Source: Monocercomonoides exilis PA203
Taxonomy: Eukaryota > Protista > Preaxostyla
Reading direction: 5' to 3'
Assembly: GCA_001643675.2 (NCBI GenBank)
Contig: LSRY02000038.1
Location: 868,001-932,000, forward strand
Length of the DNA: 64,000 nucleotides
Made by a program: the position numbers and the translations under genes. The notes under the pieces were generated by a model that did no database searches, was not told where the DNA came from, and saw nothing but the letters and a program-made list of their open reading frames with translations. Shown here in pieces: positions 12,579 to 26,560 of this stretch; position 1 is the first letter of the stretch; each line of letters opens with the position of its first letter.

Positions 12579-13523
12579 TTAATCAAACAAGTCTTTTCAT
12601 TTTTCAAAACGAACAAAACATCTGATGAGAAAAACTGGAATATCTGGAACAAAATATACCACTTCAGACATTTTCTTAGATAATTTTTGTTCTTTGTTTA
12701 CACGTTTTGTTTCGAAAAAATTGAATAAAATGTGTTCATTTGCTGAAAATCATGAAAAGTTACAAAATATATTACCATAACATCAATGTTGGTTGTTAAC
12801 AGTTTTGAAAATTCAATTTTTTTTAAAATCTGTGTAAATTTGATTATGTAACGAGTATGACAAATTTTTTATGATTTGTTTTATAAAATGCTTGAGAGTC
12901 ACTATTTCACCTCATTTTTGAAAATCAGTTCCTTCAGTTAATAATGTTTTCATGGAAATTAGTGAAAAGTCTAACATTAGTAAATATAAAATTTAGAAAG
13001 ACATCAAAAGATGGAATTTAACAACAAAAGTTCACAAAAAAAAAAGGCAACTTTCTTACAATAAATATGGTTTTCTATGCTTTGATAATTTCATTTTGTT
13101 TTGTTGAATGAAAAAAAGTAAAAAAAACATTGTAATTTTTTTTTTCAAAAGAATGACATTTGTTTTTAAGGATGTTTTTTAAACAACAAATAGATATAAA
13201 GTTTTATCAAGCAACATATGAAATGAACCAAAAAAGTTTTGTTGTTTTCTTTCTTAAAACATTGAATTTTTTTATGATGCGAGAATTTCTGCAAAGAGCA
13301 AAACACTGTGTGAATCAAATCATGTGAAAAATTTTAGTGCATCTCAATAATTGCAAAAAGCAATTGCATGAGATAGAAATATGACATTGATATTTGTTTA
13401 TGGCAAAATCTACTAATTATTGCTTCATTCGATCTCATTTCTGACACGTTGTCATTCAGGAATTATTGACTGAAGAAATATGATGAATATCTGAATCATC
13501 CATTTAGATATGAATTTTTAATA

Positions 13524-13973
13524 CAGTCAAAACCGGATATAATCACCTCGGATATAATCACATTCGTTTATTGTCACATTTTTTAATGCACCAACATTTT
13601 TGTCCAAATTTTCATTCATTTTTCATCGCATATAATCACAGGGCTGAAAATATATATTCACATTTTTCATTATAATGGGTAGATTTTTCATTGAAAAATC
13701 GATTTTTTGATCAATAATTTTAATTTTTCACTTTCACAAAAACGTGCTCAAATTAGTCAAAATAATGTGTATTTCTGATCAAAATTGTTCAAGTAAGTGA
13801 AAAAAGAGTATTTGTGTAGAATTTCCAAAAATAAAAAAACCGACACAAAATAAATTGTTTTATTTATCAATTTTTATTTTTTTCTGTGTTATGCAGCATC
13901 GGATGTGATCACAATCGGATATAGTCACAAAAAGTTGTGCAAAAACCGATGTGATTATATCCGATTTAGACTG
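13524..13973. mobile_element. 450-bp MITE, Tc1/mariner superfamily (pogo/Tigger-like)
   Basis: 23-bp TIRs CAGTCAAAACCGGATATAATCAC and CAGTCTAAATCGGATATAATCAC (2 mismatches), TA on both flanks, subterminal repeats of CGGATATAATCAC, no ORF. Confidence 0.85.
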
Positions 13974-14496
13974 TACTAATTATTAAATGTTTTTTGATTT
14001 TTATTCCAGTGCAGATCTTCTTCCTGATTATAATTATGAAATTAGAAATATTCTTTCACTGAATTTTTTTGATATATATTTTCAATTCACTTTCTTCGTA
14101 AAAAATTAAAAATTCTGGACCAACAAAGGAATTCTAATTATGAATCACTTGTGTGATTATTTTTGAAATCATAACTTTTTTCGGAGAGTTGTTTATACAA
14201 ATGTTTTATTTCTTTTGAAATGAATACTTCATTAAAAAGAAAAAAGAACAATTATTGCTAAAAATCACAATGTTTGAAATTTTTTACATGAAAAAAATAT
14301 TTTCGAACAAAATTAAACTTTTCTGTGTTCATTTTTCAGCATTCAGAGCCGTATCAAAACAGAAAAAATTTTTTTTGTTGAAATATGATTTAATGAAGGT
14401 TCTCACATGAAAGAAAATTATTTTGTGAATAACTTTTTTAATTTAATTTTAATTAATTAATTAATTTTTTTTTGAATATGAACAATTCCAAGGATA

Positions 14497-14536
<40 letters not shown>

Positions 14537-15728
14537 TAACAATTACCCACACTTATTCTTGTAATTTTTAAATTGTAGATAGAACAATTCAAATCATTTT
14601 TCAGTTATTGAAACAATTAACTGAAAAAATGCAATGTGAAAAAAATTCCAAAAATTATTCTGATTTTATTCAAAAACTGAAAAAGAATGTTTTCATTTCC
14701 ATGAACAAATGATTGGGAAGAACTTTTTCTTTAACCATTGTATTAGTTGGACATTATCAAAATTTTCAACAACAAAAACAACTGCAATTTGAAAAAATGT
14801 TAAGATTGTTTTTTTTTTTCATTCAAAATAATAAGAATCAATCCAAAATCTAACCGGACTGATTCTTAATTTTTGCTTCAAAAAAATAACTCGGCTTTTG
14901 AGTGAAAGATTTTCGAACGATTTGGTTTTATTGTTACAAAAAAAAAATTCAAACATATTTCTTTTTAAATGTTTAATTCAATAAAAAAAATCAATTGCTC
15001 AAGTGAAATAATATGAAATATGTGGCAAAATTAGTTTTATTGAATTCAAATCTTTTGTTTTTATCATTCCAATTCAAACAATTTTTTATCGATATTTAAT
15101 TGCTCCTTGTTGAAAAAGATAAAACAGATCCAATTAACAAGCATGATTCAATTATTTGAAAATTTGTCTCACATTTGAATTTTTTAAAATTAATATTTTA
15201 TAATTAATTTATATTTTACGTAATAAAATCGAATTATTTCGTTGAAGTACTTGAAATGTATAAATGGATATCGAAAAGATCCTAACAAAAATTAGTCAAA
15301 GAAAACAAAAAATAATATATATCACAAAAGTTTAAACAAGAATTAAAATGAAATATCGAAGAAATTCAAATACAAAAATAATCATATAGTTTTCAAAAAA
15401 ACATAAACTTAAAAATATTCCTCTGATCTCATAATCGCTTATCATTACTCCCAACTTCATTTCTATTCGCTTTTATTTTATGTATCATTACAATCTGGAA
15501 TAAACCAGGTTGTAAAATTACACTTAATAAATCTCGACGAATGAAGTCTCCAAATTTCAACTGGAGGTTAGATAATTCTCCAACAGGATCATTAATGTAA
15601 AGTTTCATCATCGGAAGCCCAAAATTACTTAAATATAACAAACATACCATCCATTTCTCAATTCATGTTTTGATCTGACTTCCAATTTTCGAATTTCTTT
15701 TTCGAAGATATAAAGAAAGCTTCCTTAT

Positions 15729-18700
15729 ATGCCAGAAGATGATTTAAAGCCAATTTTAGGTATCTCTTTGTTGCAGTTATTTATTTTTGCGATGAGAATT
15801 GTTATGTAGATAATTTAAAGAATGTGGATCCTGACATTCAACTCCAAGGTCTGATTGATTTTCAGCGCAAGCTACAAGAAGAATCATTTAAAATGGGCGA
15901 GCAAGAAAATGAATTTGTATGAATGCAAAGAACCTTAGATGATTTGTACTTTATTATTCTTATTTGTTTTTTTCATTTCATTTTTTTAAAGATAACTACA
16001 ATTATCGAACGAGGGCAACAATCTAGTCTTGTTCAATCATTAGCATTTAACTGGTTTTATATTATATTATAGCTTTTGCGTTTTATTTTATTTTATTTTA
16101 TTTTTTTTGCTGTCAATTTTTAATACGAACAAGTTTGAGTTTGATTGTGAAAAAGAAAGTTTCTGAAAACTCTGTGAAAACAATAATCTCAAAGTATCTC
16201 GATCTAGCCAGAGCAATTATTCCTGAGCGGAGATCTGTTGGTGCTGCCGCTCTGAAAATTGTCATTGATCAAGGAAACTTTTCCTTTCGAGAAATAATTA
16301 CCCAAAATCTGCTTGAGCCATTAACAGACATGCTAGACATTTCAGACACGCAAACATTGGCACTAGATTTAATTACTGATTTGAGCAAGCGATTTGGGCA
16401 GGAGTTTCAAGACAAACAAGAGAAAATCGTGAAGAAACTTCTGAATTGCCTGTCAAATCCATCTGCCAACGTGAGGAAAAAGGGGATTGGGGCCATTGTA
16501 GCTCTGTCGCCCCATTTGAAGAAGGAGATCGTGTGTGATTTGCTGGACACTTCGATTTCTGCTGCCAATCACATGCCGCCGTCACGAGACGCATTCAGCC
16601 GGCTGAAACTGCTGACTCAAATATCGTATGCAAAGAAGAGAATAGAAATAATAATAATAATAATTGCTATATTTTTTATGTCCTTGTTATATTGATGTTT
16701 GTATTTTAATGAGATTATCATTGAAAGCTTTGAAATAATTGAGAGAAAAGAAGTGAAATGTACTGGTTTATTATTTTAATTAGATGGAAAAAAAATTTTT
16801 TTTGAAAGGAATTTTTTTCTTCGGCTTATTTTTAACTATTTTTTTTCATTTTCTTTGCATTTTTTATTTTTTAACTTCGTCATCCTTCTTATCCTCTTTC
16901 CTTCATCATCATCATCATTATCTTCTCCTTTAATTATTCTATCTTTTAACCCTTCATTCCCTTCTTCAGCACAACCCATCCATCAATTGTGAAACACAAG
17001 CCAGTCAAACTTCTCTTAACATTCTGTCTTCATTCTGTTCTTTCGCCTTCTGTTTTGACCAAAAAATTCAAAGAACCTTCTTCTTCTTCTTCTTCTTCTT
17101 CATTATCATCCACACTCACCATTTTATCACTTATTCAACAAGAATTACCTGAAATATCATCATCATCATCTTCTTCTTCTTCGTTCTCTTCTTCATTCTC
17201 ATCCTCAATCGATCTTTTCGAACCTCTTCGTCCGCATTGTTTGGAAGGCGTGAAGGCTGTTTTGGAGCATTTGAGCGCAGAAAACGGGAGGAAATGGATA
17301 GAAGTTGTATTAAGAACAGTTATTCCATGTGTGAGTTATGATACAGTCTATGGAGAAGAGGAGGAGGAGGAAGAAGAAGAAGAGAAGGAAGAAATAAAAG
17401 AAGGTGAAGGAGGAGATGAAGGAGAAGAGGAAAGCGAAGAAGACGATTTTAATTCTGTGAAAGTGAGTGACACAGAACTAGCAGTGTATGAGAAGGACAC
17501 GACAGAATATGCAGAAGAAGAAGACGATGAAGACGATGACGATCAATCGTGGAGGGTTCGGAAGGAAGCATTGAAATGCCTGGAGATTGTGGTGGAGAAG
17601 AGGCATACAACAGAAAGGGCTGTGATGGAGAAGGTGTTTCCAGTTGTGTGTGGGAGGGTGGAGAAGGAGCATGTGTCACAGACCTTGGAGGATGTGGTGA
17701 AGGTGCTAGGGGCTATTGTGAACAGGGTGAAGGAGGAAAGAGAGGGGGTGGAAGGAGAAAAATGGTGTGTTTAAATGAGAGAGAGAGAGAGAAAGTTTGT
17801 GTGTTTTGATTGATCTAATTTTTTTCATTTTCATTTTTTATTTTGGATTATGAATTAAATAAATTATGTATTTTTTTACATTAATTTATATTTTCATTTA
17901 ATTTTTTTAAATATTATTTATTTTTCTTTCTTTCTTCATATTTATATTAATATTTGCATATATATTTATCTTCCCTTTTTATTCCCATTCCCCCCTTTTC
18001 CAGTCTGCACATCCTCCGCACCCATCTCTACTCACTCACCCAGAAGCTCTGTTCTCGCCTGCTCTGCCGCAACATCCTCACACGCGCCGACATCCTCTCC
18101 CTCCTTTTTGAGCTCAACAGCATCGCCTCTCTCAACAAATACGGCTTTGGCCGCTGCTTCCCAATGATTGTGAAGGAGTCTTGTTTTCCCCTGTTGCACG
18201 GCGTGAAGCCAGGTGTGCTGGCGTCTGCTGCATTTCGCCTGCTCCACGCCATCCTCTCCACCCACCACCCGTTCCTGGTCAATGCACAGATCCCTTCTCT
18301 CTCTCATTTCTGCTCTGTCATGCTCAAACACTCAGACTCTTCTGTGATTGTCTCCACTTTCCAGATTGTCAGTGACATTGTCTCGTTTAGCTCTCCTTTC
18401 CCTTCCAAGACACTTGCCAAATATGCTCCTTCTCTTTGCACTTTATGTCGCAACACCCTCAGCACAGTGAATATCATTGAGCAGTCAGTGAAGGAGGCAG
18501 CACTGCATGCTGCAGGAGTTGTGTTGGAGAAGTGTGGGTGCTGTTTGGCAGACAAGGCAGTGGCAGAGTGTGTGAGGCTGATGCTGGACAAGACGAGGGA
18601 GTTGTCTCTCTGTGTTGTTGGTGGGAAAGCGCTTTGCTTGGCGATGATGAATGAGAAAGTGCAGAAGTGTCTCAGTTTGGAGGAAGTCGAAGGTTGTGGG

Positions 18701-21700
18701 GCTGCATTTGTGGAGAACACGAACAGACATTCTGTGAAGGGGGCAGTGGAGGTTGGGCTGAGGGGAATACATCAGCTGCTGAGTGTATCTTTAAAGGAGA
18801 GGAGGAAGGGGAAAAGTGGGAATGAAATAGGAAGCAAGAGAAGTGGAGGAGAAGCGAATAATACGAACAAGACAAAGAATACAGCCAACACTCACAATGC
18901 GAACGAACAAGAGAAAAGCAAAGAAAACCAAGTGAAAGTGTATTTCTCCTCAGCTCTTGTTCAGCCAGCGCTGGTTTCCTTCACAAAAGTGGTTGACAAC
19001 GGCGACACAATATGCATTCTGTTAATGTTGCGTTGTCTGTGTCAGATGATTTCACTGCATCCAAACACAACCCCTCTCATCCACTCATCACAATTGTATG
19101 ATCGTCTTCTCTCTCTCCCTTTTCATCCTTATGTGCCTTGCTCTTTCTCATCTTCGCGCCTTCTGTCTCAGGTGTTTCTGAATATGGCTGAAAACAATAC
19201 TGAAAATTCAGATAAATCAAAAGAATCAAATAAATTAAAAGAATCAAAAGAACAAGAAGAATCAGAACCAACTGACGATTCAGTGCAATCCCATTTGAAT
19301 GCTCTCTTGTCAGTGATCGTGAGTGTCGAGGCAGCTGATGCAGAGAGATGGGACTTGGCAGCGGGGGTGATAGCACCGTTGGTGCTGGAGCTGCCAGAGG
19401 AAGAGAGGCGAGGGATGTTTGAGGACTGGGTGGAAGGGATGGAAGAAGGGGTGGAGCTGTTTGAGAAGTGGCAGAGGATGATGGAGGAGGCAGCGGATGA
19501 GTCAGCGAAGTCGGCTGAGATGTGGAGGAGGCTGCTGAAGACACCGACAAAGCAGATGGTAGAGGAAGAGGAAGAGAGGAGGAAGGAGAAAGAGAAAGAG
19601 AAGAAGGAGAAGAAGGGAAAGGATGGTGAGAAATCTGCTTTGAATTCATCATCATCATCCTCTTCTTCCTCTTCTTCCTCTTTTTCCTCTTTTTCCTCTT
19701 CTTCCTCACATCTTCCCAAAGGCACTTCCAATCCCTTTGTGGGTGTGTCTATCAGACACCAGCAGTTTGATAGACGTCATTCTCCTCCTCCGCCCATCCC
19801 CCACACAACAGCTGATGGCAAAGGATTGAGAAGCAAAGAAAGAACAATTTCACCAAGCAACAGAGGCAGATCTTCATTTTCATCGTTGTATGATTCATCC
19901 TCCTCCTCCTCCTCATCATCATCATCTTCTTCTTCATCATTTTCTTCAATTTCAGCATTTTCTTCTTCTCTTTCTTCTTCTTCTTCTTCCTTCTCCTCTT
20001 CTTCTCATCACCACAGCCACAAATCCGACAAAACGAGTGATTTGCTGAAGGATTGGTGTGTTGTGACTGAAGTTCCGCCTTCTCCAAAGAAAAAAGCCAG
20101 AAAATTGGAGGTGACTTCTGAATATGACTCAACAATTCCATTGAAGCAGTATTTGGAGCAGCAGATGAAGCTGAAGGAAGAGAGAGACAAGAAGGAGACA
20201 GAGGAGAAGGAGAAGAGGAGGGAGAAGAGGGAGAAGAGGAAAGAAATGAAGGAGAGAGAAAAAAGGAATAAAGAGGATGAAGAGGATGAAGATTCTTTGA
20301 GTTCTTCTCTTTCTTCTCAAACTTCTCTTTCTTCTCTTTCTTCTTCTCTTTCTTCTTCTTCTCTGTCCAGTAGCAGTAGTAGCAGTAGCAGTGATGAACC
20401 AATTGTTAACAGTGGATCAGATGAAATGAATGGAAATCAGAATAAAAATGCTGTTTATTCTTCTTCTTCTTCTCCTAATCCATCATCATCGTCTTCTCCT
20501 TCTTCTTCCTCGAAAGACAAACCTGTAGGTGTTGGTATTTCATCTGATGTTTTGTTTAATGAAGCTTCTTCGCCTGCCAATTCATCCATTTTATCATCCA
20601 ACATTTCATCTGCTTCTTCTTCTTCTTCTTCTGCAAAAACACCTGTTAATATTAAGACTTCTTCAAATTCTTCTATTTCTTCTTCTTCTTCTTCCTCCTC
20701 TTCTTCTCCAATTCAATCACCTTCATATCACTCACCTTCATCATCATCATCTTCTTCTTCCTCTTCCAAATCTCGTCCTCTTCATCCTCCTCAAATTCCT
20801 TCTCGCCCCAAACCTCTCCAAATCCAACTGCCAAACAGCCAACATCTTCCTCTTTCTCCTCCAAAACCAAGTTATAATTCCCCTTCTGCCTCTTCTTCTT
20901 CTTCTTCTTCTTCTTCTTCTTCTTCTTCTTCTTCTTCCTCTTCCTCATCTTCTTCTCTTTCTCCTTCTTATTCCCATTCCCATTCTTCCTCCATTCGCTC
21001 TATTTCTCCGGCCCCTCGTTCTCCTCCTATTTCTCCGACGTTTTGTCGCAGCAGGTCTCAAAGATCACCTTCACCTGCTCGTATTTCTCCTCCTCCTTCT
21101 TCTCTTTATGGTTCTTCTTCCTATACGTCTTCTTCACCTCCTCCTTTCTCTTCTTCTTCTTCTTCTTCTTCTTCTTCTTCTTCTTCTTCTTCTTCTTCTA
21201 GTTCTTCTAGTTCTTCTTCTTCTTCTTCTCTTTCTTCTTTTTCCTCCTCTTCTTCCTCTTCTTCTTTATCATCGTCATCTTCTTCATCTTCCTTTTCTTC
21301 TTCCCAAATCCCTTTCTGTTTGTTCAGTTTCTCCGCATTTGGCGCCATGGGGATGTGTTGCGATGTTCCTAAACAAGTAACTCCGCTTCTGGAAAAGCTG
21401 ATGGGAGCGCTGAGCTCTGGGACGAAAGGGGGAATATGCGACGAAAGAGCAAATATGGCAGCGAATTGCCTGGCGGGTGTGGCGATTGGGGCAGAAGAAG
21501 GAGTGATGAAGGAGATGATGGAGAAGGCAGAGGGAAAGAAAGAAGGGAAAGAGAAGGAGAAGGAGAAGGAGAAAGAATATGATGAGAAGGAAGAGAAGGA
21601 AGAAGAAAAGAAGGAAGAGAAAGAAGAGAAAGAAGAGAAGATGGAAAAGGAAGGAGAAGATAACAATGAACAAGTGGGGTGTGTGATAGCAATATGTCGG

Positions 21701-23299
21701 TTTTTGATGAGAGTTGGGGAGATGATGGAAGAAGAGAATGAAGAAGAAGAAGAAGATGATGATGATGAGGAAGAGGAAGAAGAGAAAAAAGAGAAAGAGA
21801 TAGAGAAAGAGAAAGAGAATAAAAATATTCATAACAAAGCCAATCCGAAACCTTCAACGAGCAGCAAAAACACAAAAATCCAACAAAACAATCAAAACAA
21901 TCATATTAATAATGATAACCATCATCATTATTACTATCGTTATGCCTCTCAGCTTATTTCCAAGTATTTCAGCAGCATTTTCCATCTTCTTGTGAATGTG
22001 CTTGAAAATCCGGTGGAATCCATCAGAAATTTGGCTATTGATTCGCTTTCGTGTTTGGGGTGTTCGTTTCCAGAGAGAGTGATACCAGCATTGGGGAGGA
22101 TGGTGAAGACGGAGGAAGAGGAGGATGATGATGATAAAGATAATAAGGAGAAGAAGAAGAAGGAAGGAGAAGATGATGATGACGAAAAAGAGATAAATAA
22201 ATCGAATGATTCATTATCTTCTTCTTCTTCCTCTTCTTCCTCTTCTTCTTCTCTATCTTCTTCTTCCTCTCCTCTTTTGAAGAGTGGAATTTGCTGCATC
22301 TTCCGTCGGATATTAGAGAAAGAAGAGACAGAGACAGACTCTGCAAAGAATAGCAACATCACTTTTCCCTCAAACACACTCAAAATGCATCAAAACAGGG
22401 CAACCAAGCAAAATGCAATGAAACACCACATTTCTCCTTCCCTTGACGATCAACGTGTTCTTTATTTATCTAACAAACTCCCCTTTTCTGAGCTTGTGTC
22501 ACACACAGCCGCTTTCCTCTCTCTTTCATCTGATTCCGACCAGAGTGTGCAGAGAGAAGTGGCTCTTCTGTGCAAAGTGCTGATCATCCGCCATCCTTCT
22601 CTCGCTTCCCAAGCTCTTCCTTCTTTCTGTGGAGCACTTTTGAGGATGATGAGGCTGGAGAAGGGAAAGAGGCGCACACAGAAGGTGTTTGGGGCGAATG
22701 TGGTGGTGGATGAAGGGCTGCCGTTGAGGCTGGCAGCGTATGAAGCGGTGGAGAGCTGGGCGGAGAGGAAGATTGCAGGGCTGGACGGGAGGAAAGTACT
22801 GAAGGTGCTGAAGAGGGGGATGGGGAAAGGAGAAGGGAAAGGGAAGGAAGAGAAAGAGAAAGAGAAAGAGAAAGAGAAAGAGAAAGAGAAAGAGAAAGAG
22901 AAGGAGAAGGAGATTCGAAAAGAAGAAGAAGAAGATGATGATGATGATGAGTATGAGGAGGAAGATTCTGAAGTGAAGCGGAAAGGGTTGAGCATCATTG
23001 GGCGTCTGTGTCGTGTGGAGACAGAGGCAGAAGCAGTTGAAGAAGAGCTGCCATGGATTTTGGGGGTGTTGGATGGCATTTTGAAGGAGAGAGGGAAAGC
23101 AAGAGACGACGACAACGACAGAAGAGTGCGTGTGGAGATGCAGAAGACGGCGCTGCTTCTAGTGCTGCGGATGAGGCAGGTGCCAGGGATAGAAGGGGAA
23201 GGGTGCTTCAAAGAGAAGATGGGGGAGTGGATGGCAGAGGGGGAGGTGAGGGAGATGATGGTGGAGCTGCGGGCGGATATGCAGAGCTGTGTGTATTGA
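15729..23299 (+). CDS. CAND1: Cullin-associated NEDD8-dissociated protein 1 (HEAT repeats) with large low-complexity insertions; multi-exon
   Basis: N-terminal exons give DPDIQLQGLIDF..VQSLAFNC..RSVGAAALKIVI..QTLALDLITDL..ANVRKKGIGAI. DDDDQSWRVRKEALKCL and VVDEGLPLRLAAYE match the CAND1 signatures DDDDMSWKVRRAAAKCL and VDDGLDIRKAAFE. Confidence 0.85.
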
Positions 23300-23856
23300 A
23301 GGGTTGATGGATGAAGAGAATGAGAGAATGAGAGAATGAGGGATTAAGATATTAAGAGATTAAGAGATTGAATGATTGAGTGAATGTTCGAATTGTATGG
23401 ATGCGCTAATGAGGATGTGTAAATGTTCTTGTGTGTGTTTGTCTGTCTGTCTAATTATCTATTTGCTGGTTTGCTTGCCTGTTTATGTGAAATATTTTAT
23501 CGATTTGATTTTTCTTATTTTGTTTCGGTTTGTAACTTTTCTCTCTCTCTCTTTTTTTTTGCTCATATTTTCTTTATTCTTTCTTTTTTTGTTTTGAGAA
23601 TTGAATAGTTTATGTGATAAAGTTTGTGAACAACACATTAACAATGAAAAAAGAAAAAAAGAAAAAAGAAAGAGGGGTTTTCATTGATGAAGGAATGAAA
23701 AACTTGAACGAAGAATGTTTACAATGTGAACAGTTCGATCCATTTGGATTGGCTTTTTTGCGTTCATTCTCTCTTCAGTCAATTTCTATTTCCGTGCAAT
23801 TAATTTGCTAAGCTCCAAACCAAGTTGGAATGCCACTTAAACAACAAAATGAATGG

Positions 23857-23907
<51 letters not shown>

Positions 23908-24761
23908 GTTCTCGAATAAAAAATAAGCAATTTAGATTTTCAAAAGATTTATTCAGTTCCAGGTTTGGTACCGAGTTCAGGGAATAGCACCAATGGTAAC
24001 TCATATGGGAAAAATTATTATTTTTTTTAGCATTTTCATTGAAAAATTATACACAGTAGATGAACCTTTTGCAGCAAAAGGGGATTATTCGGCCAGTAAT
24101 GATTTTTTTCTTGAAAACACCTAAAACTGTATCGTAACTGGGCTTAACGAACTCATAAAAAAAGTTCAGTCTATAAATTCTATGCAAAAGTAAAATTATC
24201 TTCCATCAAAACTATCTTTTAGAGATTCAAAAATTTGATCAAACACTTCAATTTAATTCACTCTTCTTTCTGTTTGGTTTTTTCACAGTATTTACAAATT
24301 CATATTTAAGAACTTTGTGAATTAGGGTTAACCATAAAAGAAATTTCATTTTAACTTCATTTATAAAGATATTAGGGCTTGAATATGAAGATAATTTATT
24401 TATCACAATTAAAAATTGAAAAAGTTGTAAGTTTTTTATTTTGAAAAATTGATGATAAAAATAGACTTTATCTTCAGTGCACAAATGATTTTCTGGAAGG
24501 AATATGAAAATGAAATCGTTCTGATATGATTTAATCACTTGTCGTATCATACCCATTTGCCACTTTTTAAATAAAAAAATATGAACAAAATGGGTTCTTT
24601 TAAATCAAAAATTCAAAAAGTCACAAACCATAATGTGACGATATCATTGATGCTTTCTTGTTGATATGAGAATTTTCTTTATAGTGACATCTGAAGTATC
24701 TTTTAAAGTTTGAAGTGATAATTAGTTTTCACTATAAGTGCAAAAAAGCTTGAAAGTCCGA

Positions 24762-24992
24762 ATTTTCAAATGTTTGGCTAATCCTTTTTGAAATCATTCT
24801 TTCGTTCGAGTTTTGATCAAAATTTCAATCTCAATGGAATTTTAAAAGAAAATATATTCCCTTTTAACATTGTCATGAGATTTGCTAATTCTCCTATGTT
24901 GTTCATTTTTTCTAAATCCAATTGAGAAAAAAATTTTGATCAAAACTCGAACGAAAGAATGATTTTTTAAAGGATCAGTCATATTTGAAAAT
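24762..24992. repeat. About 230-bp imperfect palindrome (MITE-like hairpin)
   Basis: AAATCATTCTTTCGTTCGAGTTTTGATCAAAATTT at 24791 has its reverse complement at about 24931-24965, and degenerate pairing extends on both sides. Confidence 0.75.
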
Positions 24993-25236
24993 AAAGATAC
25001 TTATTCAAAAAGGTGTTTTGACGACATATTCATTCATTCAAACTTTATTTTTATTGTTTATGATACGATTCGAAATTGATTTTCAAATATTCTGTCTTCT
25101 TCATCGTTAATGAAAAAAAATGATCAATCAGATAATTTGAAATAGACAATCCTTTCTGTTAAAAAAATGACTTGCTTCACTCGAATTTTTCATCCTTTCG
25201 ATACTCTGGGATAATTTCTTCATTTTAAATGCAATA

Positions 25237-26234
25237 GGGTCAACTTTTTAATGGGACTTTTTCCTTTATTGGCACTTTTTATATTTTCGATAACAAAAAG
25301 CTGAGAAGTGTGAAATGGCTTTCAGCATTTGGATAACCGATTTAAACAAAGTTGATTTAATTTATTACCGGTTAGTTTTTTAATTTTTGTTTATTATTTA
25401 ACGAGATATTTCGTTTTTCTTGAAAATTTTGAATTGGTTTTTCCCACTCAACCAAGCATTTCCAGAAAATGAAAAATACTGTTTTCAAAAGCATAAACAT
25501 TTATCTATTTATATTTTAATTCTTTTTTTTTTTTTTTTTTCTGACAAACATTTTTCGTGTTATTTTTGCATTTCATTTTTTTAACAACAAACTAACATAA
25601 AACTGATTGCTTCTTTGTAAATATAATGAAATGGGGAAAAATATAAATATGATATGCAAAACAAACACTTTTATAATGAAATGTTGTCAAAATAAAACTT
25701 ATTTTTTTCCTATTTGTCTTATACTGACAAATTGTACCAACCAATGATGATCTGAGATCACATTTTTGTTATTTTGATAAAAACTTTGCAGAAAGAAAAA
25801 ACCTATGTTCTATATTAATAACATTTCATTTTTAAAATGCTTGTTTTGCATATCATATTTTTTTTTTTTCATTTGGGGGAAAATATGGACTTTCAAGCTT
25901 TTTTTTTGCACCAAGCATGAAAAAATTGCTTCACTAATAACTTTATTTTGCTTTCTCTGATTTCAAAATAAATTTGATTTTCATATCCGTAAACAGGCAT
26001 CGTTGAAAACAAAACATAATGTTTCTTGACATTTCACGAATGTCAAAAAATGAATACATTTTTATTATGTTTTTTGATAAAAAAAGTCAATGAAAAGTGC
26101 ATAATTTTTCAATGAAAATGCCTGAAGTGAAATATTTTTCCCCATTTCATTATATTTACAAAGAAGCAATCAGTTTTATGTTAGTTTGTTGTTAAAAAAA
26201 TGAAATGCAAAAATAACACGAAAAAAATGTTTGT

Positions 26235-26276
<42 letters not shown>

Positions 26277-26560
26277 ATTAAAATATAAATAGATAAATGT
26301 TTATGCTTTTGAAAACAGTATTTTTCATTTTCTGGAAATGCTTGGTTGAGTGGGAAAAACCAATTCAAAATTTTCAAGAAAAACGAAATATCTCGTTAAA
26401 TAATAAACAAAAATTAAAAAACTAACCGGTAATAAATTAAATCAACTTTGTTTAAATCGGTTATCCAAATGCTGAAAGCCATTTCACACTTCTCAGCTTT
26501 TTGTTATCGAAAATATAAAAAGTGCCAATAAAGGAAAAAGTCCCATTAAAAAGTTGACCC
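25237..26560. mobile_element. 1.3-kb non-autonomous element with near-perfect inverted arms of about 410 bp (foldback/long-TIR type)
   Basis: Arms 25233-25644 and 26132-26564 are reverse complements differing mainly in homopolymer length. Ends GGGTCAAC..GTTGACCC are flanked by TA. No ORF. Confidence 0.8.

Noticed and set aside
15429-15655. Small minus-strand ORF or spliced micro-gene divergent from CAND1
   Set aside because: It is short with no recognisable motif and cannot be supported without transcripts.
587-23211. Numerous antisense and alternate-frame ORFs rich in Leu, Phe, Lys, Arg or Glu
   Set aside because: They are shadows of (TCT)n/(GAA)n tracts, which lack stops in other frames.
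24248-24556. 102-aa ORF as a possible transposase remnant
   Set aside because: It has an AT-rich random-like composition with no DDE or HTH motif.
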